The notes under the pieces are model-generated. The model saw only the letters and a list, made by a program, of their open reading frames with translations, was not told where the DNA came from and did not search any database. The position numbers and the translations under genes are program-made. Of a DNA stretch of 64,000 bases, positions 20,245 through 29,010 are shown one piece after another. This DNA comes from a virus, in the IMG/VR virus record IMGVR_UViG_3300035696_000014, positions 63,192 through 127,191 of that record; one strand, written 5' to 3'. The first letter of the stretch is position 1; each line of letters begins with the position of its first letter.

Positions 20245-21297
20245 ATGTCAGGCACTCCGTACATGGGGCTGGTGCTCCCGACCCCCGGTGTCACACCAGG
20301 GGGTTCTTCCGCGACTGCATGGGCGCCGATGTTGGTTAGCGCCTCGCTGGTGATCGACAGCCACAACCACAGCGCTGGTCATGGCGCTCCCATCGAGATC
20401 ACCTACTTCCTGTCCCAGAGCTACTCGGGCTCCTACTCCAGCGGCTCGTGGTCTGGCGGGCACCCGTACTCAGGCAGCTTCACCGGCAGCGGCATCTTCA
20501 CTCCAGTCACCTCGACCTACACCGTCCCCTACTTCGAGGGCTACGGTGGCACCAACGTCAGCACCAACTCGTTGGGACAGATCATCATCAGCTCGTCGAT
20601 GGGTGACACCAACGCCTCGTACCTGCTCGTCAACCCAGACGGCGGAAAACCCAACTCTCGAGTCTTCGCGGTAACGGGAGGCTTGTCGGTCACCGACGGA
20701 GGCCCAGGTGGGAGCTACCTGCTGTCATCCTCTGCTCCCGTCTTCCAGAACATGGTGGGCCAGGGAGGGATCGTTGTCTCCCACGCGGGCCAGACCTGGT
20801 ACGTTTCGTCATCAGTCCCCGTGACTGACACCTTCGTGGGGATCGGCGGCACTTCCGTCGTTGTCTCGGGCAGCGTCGTCACCATCTCTTCATCGATCAG
20901 CACGGCTCTGTCACAGAGCTTCTACGGCCAGGGAGCCACCTCCGTCCTTGTCTCTGGGAGCAATGTCTTCGTCTCGTCGTCGGTGCCCGTCAACACTGGG
21001 CCCAAGCTCAACGTGTCGACCTTCTTCTCCGCGGTGACCCCGAACGTCACCGCCAGCACGGGCCTGAACCTCATCGATGCAACGGGTGGCAACATCAACG
21101 TCTGCCTCCCGGATGCCACTCTCAACTCTGGACAGCCACTGTACGTCAAGCAGATCGACAGCTCGGGCAACACTGTCAACGTCAACACCGTCAATGCTGC
21201 AACGCAGCTCATCGATGGTGAGCCCACCCAATCATTCAACGTCCAGTGGACGACGCTGAGCATCATCGCATCGGGCAGCAACTGGTACATTGTGTGA
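20245..21297 (+). CDS. Ser/Thr/Gly-rich fibre-like structural protein, 350 aa
   Basis: Beta-rich repeats (G-x-GGT-x-V-x-x-SG-x-x-V-x-ISSS); C-terminal DATGGNINVCLP...IDG...SGSNWYIV module typical of phage fibres. Confidence 0.7.
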   Translation: MSGTPYMGLVLPTPGVTPGGSSATAWAPMLVSASLVIDSHNHSAGHGAPIEITYFLSQSYSGSYSSGSWSGGHPYSGSFTGSGIFTPVTSTYTVPYFEGYGGTNVSTNSLGQIIISSSMGDTNASYLLVNPDGGKPNSRVFAVTGGLSVTDGGPGGSYLLSSSAPVFQNMVGQGGIVVSHAGQTWYVSSSVPVTDTFVGIGGTSVVVSGSVVTISSSISTALSQSFYGQGATSVLVSGSNVFVSSSVPVNTGPKLNVSTFFSAVTPNVTASTGLNLIDATGGNINVCLPDATLNSGQPLYVKQIDSSGNTVNVNTVNAATQLIDGEPTQSFNVQWTTLSIIASGSNWYIV

Positions 21298-21304
21298 GGT
21301 CTTC

Positions 21305-22525
21305 ATGAGCTTTTTCCCCAAGATCACCACTGCGCCGGCAGACGGCCCCAGCGTAGACGCTTTTGGTCGCCAACGTGTCGGCGAGCCTTTCACCCTGTTC
21401 GACAGCAAGCAGCTGATCGACGGGGGTCCATTGTTCTGGGCCACCCAGACGGTGTCTGGCAGCACCATCAACTGGATGGTCAATCGGTCATCAACGATCC
21501 TGACGACGTCAGGAACGGTGGGCTCCCAAGCGATCAGGCAAACCAAACGACGGTTCAACTACCAACCGGGCAAGTCGCTGTTCATCAACCAGACCTTCGT
21601 CATGGGACCGCCCGTGCCCGGCATCCGCAAAGACGTCGGCTACTTCGACGAGAACGATGGCATCTACTTCCAGCAGGACATGACTGGCACCCTGAACTTC
21701 GTCAGGCGTAGCAACGTCACGGGCCAGCCGGTCGACATCCACATCCCACAGTCACTATGGAACCTTGACAGGTTTGACGGAACGGGACCATCCGGCATCG
21801 TGCTAAACCCGGCCCAAGCACAGATCCTGGCGATCGACATGCAATGGTTGGGCGCAGGCCGTGTCAGGATGGGCTTTGAAATCAACGGCGTCCTGTTCTA
21901 TGCACACCAGTTCAGCCACGCCAATCAGATCAACTCGGTCTTCATGTCGAAGCCCAACCTGCCAGTCAGGGCGGCCGTGATCTGCCAGAGCGGCTCACTC
22001 AGCGGCTCGCTAGAGCACATCTGCGCTTCTGTTATCTCCGAAGCGGGCTACGATCCCCCGGGCCTGATCTTCTCGGCCAACCGCAGCACCAGCTCGATCA
22101 GCGTCGACCAGAATGCCATCTACCCGTTGCTGTCGTTGCGGATGATGTCGGGCTCGCTGACAACCAACGTGCTCCTGCAGTCGATCCGCATCATCTCTGA
22201 GACAGGCAGCAACTTCCTGTGGCAGCTGTTCCTCAACCCGACCATCAACGGTGGCACTGACAACGCCAACTGGACAAAAAACTTCGGCAGCTCGCTGCAG
22301 TACGACATCTCTCGCACCACGGCGAACACTCTCAGCGGTGGCATCCTGTTGGACAGCGGCTACGGCACTGAAGCTGCCGACTTCGTTGCTCAGGCTGAGC
22401 CCTCGGTCTTCGCCTTTGGCTCACAGATCGACGGCACTCAGGACCAGGTCGTCCTCGGCATCACATACCTCGGCATGGGTTCCAGCAACATGCTGGGTGC
22501 AATGACCTGGCGAGAGCTGCCCTGA
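21305..22525 (+). CDS. Virion structural protein, probable beta-sandwich/lectin-like fold
   Basis: DAFGRQRV, RQTKRRFNYQPGKS, IDMQWLGAGRVRMGF motifs; GAGG before ATG 21305. Confidence 0.7.
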   Translation: MSFFPKITTAPADGPSVDAFGRQRVGEPFTLFDSKQLIDGGPLFWATQTVSGSTINWMVNRSSTILTTSGTVGSQAIRQTKRRFNYQPGKSLFINQTFVMGPPVPGIRKDVGYFDENDGIYFQQDMTGTLNFVRRSNVTGQPVDIHIPQSLWNLDRFDGTGPSGIVLNPAQAQILAIDMQWLGAGRVRMGFEINGVLFYAHQFSHANQINSVFMSKPNLPVRAAVICQSGSLSGSLEHICASVISEAGYDPPGLIFSANRSTSSISVDQNAIYPLLSLRMMSGSLTTNVLLQSIRIISETGSNFLWQLFLNPTINGGTDNANWTKNFGSSLQYDISRTTANTLSGGILLDSGYGTEAADFVAQAEPSVFAFGSQIDGTQDQVVLGITYLGMGSSNMLGAMTWRELP

Positions 22526-22541
22526 TCTCAACCGCCGTCCA

Positions 22542-23219
22542 TCACTTCTTGCCCCTCACGAACGATCGGGCCAGCTCGCGGATCAGCTCCTCGCCCTCGA
22601 CGACCGCTGGACCCGCTGATCGCTGAGCATACCGCTCTTTCAGCGTTGTCGGTTGTCGCGCTGGGCCTGATGGCTTCGCGGCGCCGCCCGGGACTCGGGG
22701 GGCAAAAGGCTTGCTCTCGTCAACACGCTTCGGCGGGGGAGCAGGTGCTGGCTTGGGCTTCGCTTTGACTGGAGCTTCAACCACAATGGGCTTGGGCTCG
22801 GGCGGCGGAAGCGGCGTAGCGCTCTTGCGGTTGACGACGATGGGAGCCGACGCGGTCACGCTGACACGGGGGACTTCCTTCTTCGCCGGGACGCGGATCG
22901 CTTCTGCAACGACCTTGACGGCCTGCTTCAGGTTGATGTTGAACTGGACAGGTGCAAAGTAGCGGTTCTCGATCAGCACCTCAACGCGGCTGAGGTACTG
23001 GCCTTCCTTTAGCTTGCCCTTCAAGATCGGCAGCATGAACTGGACGACGCCGTCATCAGGGGTCGGGCTGCCGCTGAACATCAGGGCCTGGTCACCTGAC
23101 TCCTCGAGCACCAGGCGCACCTTGGCCGGTGCCTGGTCGATGCCCTCGACACGGACCTTGAACAACAGCTCGTTGGCTTCTTCGATGTCGAGATCGATGG
23201 TTTCGAGGAAGGAGTCCAT
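22542..23219 (-). CDS. Hypothetical protein, 225 aa; beta-rich N-domain with Pro/Lys-rich linker
   Basis: ORF track; TAGTTA 6 nt before the ATG. Confidence 0.75.
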   Translation of the reverse strand: MDSFLETIDLDIEEANELLFKVRVEGIDQAPAKVRLVLEESGDQALMFSGSPTPDDGVVQFMLPILKGKLKEGQYLSRVEVLIENRYFAPVQFNINLKQAVKVVAEAIRVPAKKEVPRVSVTASAPIVVNRKSATPLPPPEPKPIVVEAPVKAKPKPAPAPPPKRVDESKPFAPRVPGGAAKPSGPARQPTTLKERYAQRSAGPAVVEGEELIRELARSFVRGKK

Positions 23220-23233
23220 CGGCCTTAACTATC

Positions 23234-23596
23234 TCACTTCAGGCGCTCGACGGTGACCTTGATGTAGTCCCTGACCACCCTGACGCTCTCGGCCATGACG
23301 CTGGCGAACCCACGGTCTTTCGACACGCGGACGCGGATCCAGCCCTTGATGGGCCGCTTGGGTTCAGTTCCGTTCGCCTCGATGAGCTTGGCCCAGACGA
23401 TGACCTCGTCGAGCTCCGCCAGCCTACGCTTGGTGCCAGACTGCCCCAGCCTGAGACGCAGGGGCCGTTCGATGGCGGCGACGATCGCTGTGGGGACCCC
23501 GCCGTAGCCCTGCACCACCATGCTGCACAGGCCCGGGGTCCCGTTGGTCGCTGGACCCATGCCCCGGGTGATGATCTTCTGTGTTGTCTGGCTCAC
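23234..23596 (-). CDS. Hypothetical protein, 120 aa
   Basis: GTGA coupling to the upstream gene. Confidence 0.65.
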   Translation of the reverse strand: MSQTTQKIITRGMGPATNGTPGLCSMVVQGYGGVPTAIVAAIERPLRLRLGQSGTKRRLAELDEVIVWAKLIEANGTEPKRPIKGWIRVRVSKDRGFASVMAESVRVVRDYIKVTVERLK

Positions 23597-24135
23597 GGCG
23601 GGTTCGGGTTGACCGGCGGCACCAGGACACGCTGGAAGACGTTGACCTGGTTCGGGGCCCCGGTGTCATCGTAGAGGTTGAATGTCGCCAGCAACGTGAC
23701 GTTGTCGGGAGCGAAGAACAGCATCTGGTTGTTGACGATCTGCCACCTGCCGAAAGCCTGGTCGTACAGCGCCTCGATCGAGCCCGTGATGTGGTTGACC
23801 ATGTTCCAGGTGTCGGCCACCTTCGGGTCGTTCTCTTCGACGTTGTACTGCTCGGTCGCGAACGAACTGGTCAGGACGAAGGTGCTGCCCGCGCACGAGG
23901 CGGTGACAGGAGGGCACTCCCACAGGACGCTGCCGTTGAAGTTGTCTGGGAAGCTGATGTCAACGGCGTAACAGCCGGAACCCGAGGCCAGCTCGTAGAC
24001 CCCCGTCGTCGTCGGCCCGATCACTGGGTTGCCGAAGACATCGAGGACGGCGTACGTCACCCCCGATGATCCAGTCTGCCCAGACCGGAACTTCCCGAAC
24101 TCGACGCTTCGAAGCTGTACGTTGGGCATTCCCAC
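23593..24135 (-). CDS. Hypothetical structural protein, about 180 aa
   Basis: ORF track; GRWQIVNNQMLFF...LATFNLYD module. Confidence 0.7.
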   Translation of the reverse strand: MGMPNVQLRSVEFGKFRSGQTGSSGVTYAVLDVFGNPVIGPTTTGVYELASGSGCYAVDISFPDNFNGSVLWECPPVTASCAGSTFVLTSSFATEQYNVEENDPKVADTWNMVNHITGSIEALYDQAFGRWQIVNNQMLFFAPDNVTLLATFNLYDDTGAPNQVNVFQRVLVPPVNPNPP

Positions 24136-24136
24136 G

Positions 24137-24667
24137 TCAATCGTACCCCACGTCGCAGACCTTGGAAAAACTCACTCCAGACCGGCACAGTACCAATAGG
24201 TCGTGGGGCGTCGTTTTTTCTGGGTCCATTCCAGCCCACTCAGGAATCAACGTGCCGGTCGGGTCCAGCCTCATCACATAGCGGGCACAGACCAGGGCTT
24301 TGACGTTCGCCAGCGGGTTCTGGATCTTCCGACCCAGCCACTTGGCCACGATCACGATGACGTAGCCCAGCAAGCCCAGCTTGTCGTACCTCTCGCAGAG
24401 GAGCTGGATCATGGGCCGCATCATCTCTTCGCTGACCTCGGGGACGATGGCATACTCGGCGACGAGCTCGTTGTCCTCCAACCATTTGCTCCTCGGCGTG
24501 ATCTGGACGCCGGTCCGCCCCGTCTCGCCGTCGAGCGCGGAGTGGATCAGGACAGGTTCACCGAAGATCTCTGTGCCGAGGCAGACGTGGCTGGTGACGC
24601 TGTTCGTCATCCAGCGGACCGACCTCGATAGCCAATGAGCCGATGTGGTGAAGACCAAGGACGGCAT
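24137..24667 (-). CDS. Permuted papain-like (NlpC/P60, YiiX/YebB-like) amidase/peptidase, 176 aa
   Basis: His before Cys order: SHVCL ... YD ... LVCARYV ... TTPHDL. Confidence 0.7.
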   Translation of the reverse strand: MPSLVFTTSAHWLSRSVRWMTNSVTSHVCLGTEIFGEPVLIHSALDGETGRTGVQITPRSKWLEDNELVAEYAIVPEVSEEMMRPMIQLLCERYDKLGLLGYVIVIVAKWLGRKIQNPLANVKALVCARYVMRLDPTGTLIPEWAGMDPEKTTPHDLLVLCRSGVSFSKVCDVGYD

Positions 24668-24714
24668 TGCCCGCCTCCTCTAAAGAGTAGGTAGGCGACC
24701 CGGCGAATGGTCAC

Positions 24715-25479
24715 TCAGCCCTGGACGTACTCGAACCCGCTGAAAGCCACGTTGCTGGCGTTCGACGTCGTGGGGCACTCCCACACCGTGATGAGGGCCG
24801 GGCCCGCGATGGCAACAGGGACCTGGATGTCGTAGTCGTTGCTCAAGCCTGCCAGGTGGACGACGGGGATGCTGACCTGCTGGCCCACCGTGTTGGCAGA
24901 GCCGAGGGTCTGTGCGACCAGGTACGAGTACCCCGAAGCCAGGGTGGCTCCGCCGTTGATCGACAGCAGGTAGCAGGTCTGGGTGCCGTTGACGTAGTGG
25001 TGACCCCAGAAGGTCTGGTTGTCAGAGGAGTTGATGCCGCCGATGACGGTGCCACCACCGTTGATACCGGTCATCAGCTGGATCGTCCCAACGTTTGCGC
25101 CGTCTGCGCCCGCTTGCTGGACGACCATGCTCTCGATGTAGAGGATGTCGGTGCCCACCGTGTTGACGGCCGTGGTGCCGTTGAGCTGGACGACCTCTGA
25201 CTGCTGTTGGAACGAGGAGTTGAGGTAGTTGAGCTGCACGCTCCAGGCGCCCGCGCCGGTGCTGTAGACGTCGGCTGCGTTGGTCGACTTGATGCTACGT
25301 TGGCCCGTCGTGGTCGGGGGCGTGAAAGCCGTTGCGGTGACCTGCGTCCTGGTGCCCGCAGTGGCGGCAGCACCGTATGCTGCGACCCGTGATGCGAAGG
25401 TGACACCGTCGCCGATCGCTCCTACAGCAAGACCCCATGCGGCGTCTTCAGTGACCGTGCAACCTTGTAGTGCTCCCAT
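24715..25479 (-). CDS. Beta-rich virion structural protein, 254 aa
   Basis: STNAAD-x(4)-GAGA, EVVQLNGTTAV motifs; within the fibre cluster. Confidence 0.7.
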   Translation of the reverse strand: MGALQGCTVTEDAAWGLAVGAIGDGVTFASRVAAYGAAATAGTRTQVTATAFTPPTTTGQRSIKSTNAADVYSTGAGAWSVQLNYLNSSFQQQSEVVQLNGTTAVNTVGTDILYIESMVVQQAGADGANVGTIQLMTGINGGGTVIGGINSSDNQTFWGHHYVNGTQTCYLLSINGGATLASGYSYLVAQTLGSANTVGQQVSIPVVHLAGLSNDYDIQVPVAIAGPALITVWECPTTSNASNVAFSGFEYVQG

Positions 25480-25503
25480 TGGAAACCCCTACTACAAGTA
25501 TTC

Positions 25504-28500
25504 TCATTCGAAGTAACCGTCAACAAAGACGCTGCCGCGAGTGACGCCTGGCGTGCCAACAGCGCTGGTGATGAAGACCTTGTAGGCAAGGTGCAGGTAG
25601 GTACCGGGCAAGCATACGATAGGCACCTTCGGGTACCAAGCGAGGTTGCCCTGAGCGGTGCAGAACAAGCCCGCCGCCTGCGTGGCGCTGGTGTACAGGA
25701 TGTTGAGGCCGACTGGGAAGCGTTGGCCGCCACCGGTGCTGATGTTGCCGTTCGAGTTGTTGACGATGGCGAGCCACTCCAGGATGGGAACCCCGGTGAC
25801 GCCAATGGTGGTTGACACGAAGGGCACCGAAAAGACGAGTCCCGTCAGGTAGAAGGTATAGGGCGACGGGACCTGGAAGGCGAAGACGCTGAGCGGGTTC
25901 TCGCTCGCTGTCGTCAGAGCGACGGCATAGTCGCCACCCAGAGCGTTGTAGCCCGCCACGGTGTTGCTGGGCGTCTCGGTCGACGGCGCCGCTATCATCG
26001 AGCTGGGCGTCTGAGCGAACGACGTCGGGTTGATGATGGAGCTCCGGCCCGCGCCAGCCAGCTGTTCTGCCCAAGGCTTGCTGGCGTTGATGTCGTACTG
26101 CCAGGCCTGGAAGCTGGCGATCTTGGTCGTAGTTGCCGTCGCAGGAGCGGTGCCGGTGTTGTAGACACGGGCGAAGGCAGGTAGGTGAGAGACGGCCGCC
26201 GCGACGCCCGGGACCGTCGGGCCCAGGGCCCAGAAGTAGTCGACCAACGGGATGCCAGACTCGCTCTCGATGATGAACCGTGCACCGCCGTCCTCGATCC
26301 ACACCATGAAGATGTAGTAGGTCGACGACGACAGGGTCGCCAACACGGTCGATACCGACTCGTTGCCGCCGGTGCTGGTCACGGCGTAGACGTTGCCACC
26401 CGTGGTGATCCGGAAGAAGGCACCATTGTTGACAGTGGCAGTGGTGCCCGTCGGGGCGCCGAAGCCCAGCTCGTTGACAGCGTTGGTGTAGTTGGCGACC
26501 ACCGCCTTGAACGACAGCCCAAGCGGTGCCTGGTTGTACAGGGCGAACTGCCTGGTCGAGGTGATGATGGCATCGGTGTTGATCGTGGTGATGGCGCCGT
26601 TGTTCAGCGTCAGCAGGCCCGTCGTCTGGGCGATCGTCATCGTCGTTGTCGACTGGGTCCAGAGCCAGGAGTTGACGGTCGAACCCTCGACAAGGTCAGC
26701 CGCCAACAACGTCTGGTAGCCGGGCAACACGTAGCCCAAGCGGTTGTAACGAGCGATGCGGCCCACGCCAGAAGACTGGCCGATGATGGGGATGCCCGTC
26801 TGGCCGCCCGCCGACATGGCGCTGCGGTCGATGACAGAGCCGAGGGGTTCGATCAGACCGGTGCCGATGTTCTCACCACCGATGAGGACTGGGTTGCCCG
26901 AAGCCGCAGCACCCGCCGCTGCAGCACCCACCGCGGTGACGGTGCCGCTGACAGCTTGGGTCGCTGGGAAGTTGTTGACGGAGACCTGAGAACCCAGGGT
27001 GACTGAACCGCTGACACCGACAGTGCCACCGTGCCAGAAACCCGACGGACTTGCGGCAGCGACGGTCAAGTTACCGTTCGGATCAGTCAGGATCGTTGTC
27101 GTCAGGCCCGAGTTGTTGACGCCACCGATCAGGACCGGGTTGCCGTAGGGCGCAGTGCCCGCTGGTGTCTCGCCGTCGACAACGATGAGGGGGGTTCCAA
27201 CGATGGCGACCTGGTCAACGGCGTTGTTGCCCGTCGCCGCGTTCCATACCAACGTAGCGGTACCCGAGGTGTATGCCGACATCCGGGCACGGACCTGGAC
27301 CATGCCACCGCACTGGACAGCGACCATCTGGTTCGCTGAGGCGATCATGATCAGCGAGTCACCCGCGAAAGACCAGGCCTGAAGCTGCTGCCAGTTGCTG
27401 TCGCCCGCCTGGCCCTCGAAGATGATGCTGCCGACCCAAGTGCCTTCTAGGTTGAAGATGACGGTGCTGCAGCCACCCGTCGAGGCAACGACCGTGGCGT
27501 TCAACGCGCCCAGGTTGCCGGTACCGTTCTTGTCAACGGGTGCGCTGGATGACAAGAACGAGTTGGTGATAGCGACAGAGCCGCTGACGTTCTGTGTCGC
27601 TGGGAAGTTGTTGATGCTGAGTTGGCTGTTGCCGACGTTGACAGTTCCCGAGACGCCAACCGCGACGTCGTTGTAGACGCGGATGCCATTAGCGTTGCCA
27701 ACGGTCACCGTGCCCGACACGTTCTGTGTCGCTGGGAAGTTGTTGACAGAGACCTGCCCTTGCTGGGAGACCGGGAGCGTGGCCGACGCCGAGACGCCCA
27801 ACGTGGCGGGCCAGTTGTTGATGACAGCACCGACGGTGCCCGACACTCCCTGCGTCTCTGCGATCCAGACCTGCTGGTTGGTTGGGAAGGTGACGTTGGC
27901 CGTCACCGTGCCGCTGACGTTCTGCGTTGCCGGGAAGTTGTTGACGCTGATCTGGCCTTGCTGCGCAACGTTGAAGGTTGCGTTAGTGGACCCTGGAGCT
28001 ACGTAGAGCGGTGCGTACGGCGCGTTGCCGACCGCGAGGCCCGCAGAACCCGTCGTTGACGTGGTGGCCGAGAAGGAACCCGTAACGCCAATGGGACCCT
28101 CGCTCCAGATCTGGATGGGTGTCCCGCCCGCGGTGCCCTGGACGTTCTGTGTCGCTGGAAAGTTGCCAACGTTGACGGTTCCCGACACGTTCTGTGTCGC
28201 TGGGAAGTTGTTGACGGAGACTTGGCCCTGCTGTGAAACGGGCAACGTGGCCGAAGCGCTGACACCGAAGGTGGCGGGCCAGTTGCCGATGATGCTGGTC
28301 AGGGTCCCGCTGACGGGCAGAGCACCCTCACTCCAGACCTGGACGGGGGCTGCTGAACCCGCGGGAGCGCCTTGGATCGTTTGAGTGGCTGGGAAGTTGG
28401 AGACGCTTACAGATCCTGAGATGCCGATCGAGCCCTCAGACCAGACCTGCAACGGAACGCCACCCGCAACTCCCTGAACGGGGAGCGTTGCTGACGCGGT

Positions 28501-29010
28501 GACACCGACAGGTGCGGCTACCCACACCTCTTGGTTGGCCGGGAAGGTGACTGACAACGAGCCTGTCACGCCGACGGGTTCAGCGATCCAGACCTGCTGG
28601 TTGGCTGGGAAGTTGCCGACCGAGACGGTGCCGCTGACGCCCAGGGCACCCTCGCTCCAGACCTGGGCGGCACCCTTCTGCGAGACCGCCAACACACCCG
28701 ACACCGCCGCCGTCGTTGCAACCATGTTGCTGGTCGCTTGGTAAGACGTGGTGAAGGTGGTGTAGTCGGTGTTGTTCTGTGCTTCCGAGTAGTCGGGTGC
28801 GAAGGCGTAAGTTGCCGCGAGCGCGGCTGGGACCAGCAAGCACTGGTACGCGATGGCGCTGTCCAACGCGAACACCGTGATGGTGGTGTCCGGGTTGGTC
28901 ACGTACTGCATGTTGAGGCCCTTGTTCTGAACGATCGTCAGAAAGTCGCCCCACCGCAGCGTGACCACTGCCGCAGCATTGAACTGGACTTGTTGGATGT
29001 ACGAGCTCAT
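25504..29010 (-). CDS. Repeat-containing fibre/spike protein with C-terminal beta-sandwich domains, 1168 aa
   Basis: Multiple VNNFPATQNVSG, NWPATxGVSASATLP and QVWSEG repeats. Confidence 0.75.
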   Translation of the reverse strand: MSSYIQQVQFNAAAVVTLRWGDFLTIVQNKGLNMQYVTNPDTTITVFALDSAIAYQCLLVPAALAATYAFAPDYSEAQNNTDYTTFTTSYQATSNMVATTAAVSGVLAVSQKGAAQVWSEGALGVSGTVSVGNFPANQQVWIAEPVGVTGSLSVTFPANQEVWVAAPVGVTASATLPVQGVAGGVPLQVWSEGSIGISGSVSVSNFPATQTIQGAPAGSAAPVQVWSEGALPVSGTLTSIIGNWPATFGVSASATLPVSQQGQVSVNNFPATQNVSGTVNVGNFPATQNVQGTAGGTPIQIWSEGPIGVTGSFSATTSTTGSAGLAVGNAPYAPLYVAPGSTNATFNVAQQGQISVNNFPATQNVSGTVTANVTFPTNQQVWIAETQGVSGTVGAVINNWPATLGVSASATLPVSQQGQVSVNNFPATQNVSGTVTVGNANGIRVYNDVAVGVSGTVNVGNSQLSINNFPATQNVSGSVAITNSFLSSSAPVDKNGTGNLGALNATVVASTGGCSTVIFNLEGTWVGSIIFEGQAGDSNWQQLQAWSFAGDSLIMIASANQMVAVQCGGMVQVRARMSAYTSGTATLVWNAATGNNAVDQVAIVGTPLIVVDGETPAGTAPYGNPVLIGGVNNSGLTTTILTDPNGNLTVAAASPSGFWHGGTVGVSGSVTLGSQVSVNNFPATQAVSGTVTAVGAAAAGAAASGNPVLIGGENIGTGLIEPLGSVIDRSAMSAGGQTGIPIIGQSSGVGRIARYNRLGYVLPGYQTLLAADLVEGSTVNSWLWTQSTTTMTIAQTTGLLTLNNGAITTINTDAIITSTRQFALYNQAPLGLSFKAVVANYTNAVNELGFGAPTGTTATVNNGAFFRITTGGNVYAVTSTGGNESVSTVLATLSSSTYYIFMVWIEDGGARFIIESESGIPLVDYFWALGPTVPGVAAAVSHLPAFARVYNTGTAPATATTTKIASFQAWQYDINASKPWAEQLAGAGRSSIINPTSFAQTPSSMIAAPSTETPSNTVAGYNALGGDYAVALTTASENPLSVFAFQVPSPYTFYLTGLVFSVPFVSTTIGVTGVPILEWLAIVNNSNGNISTGGGQRFPVGLNILYTSATQAAGLFCTAQGNLAWYPKVPIVCLPGTYLHLAYKVFITSAVGTPGVTRGSVFVDGYFE

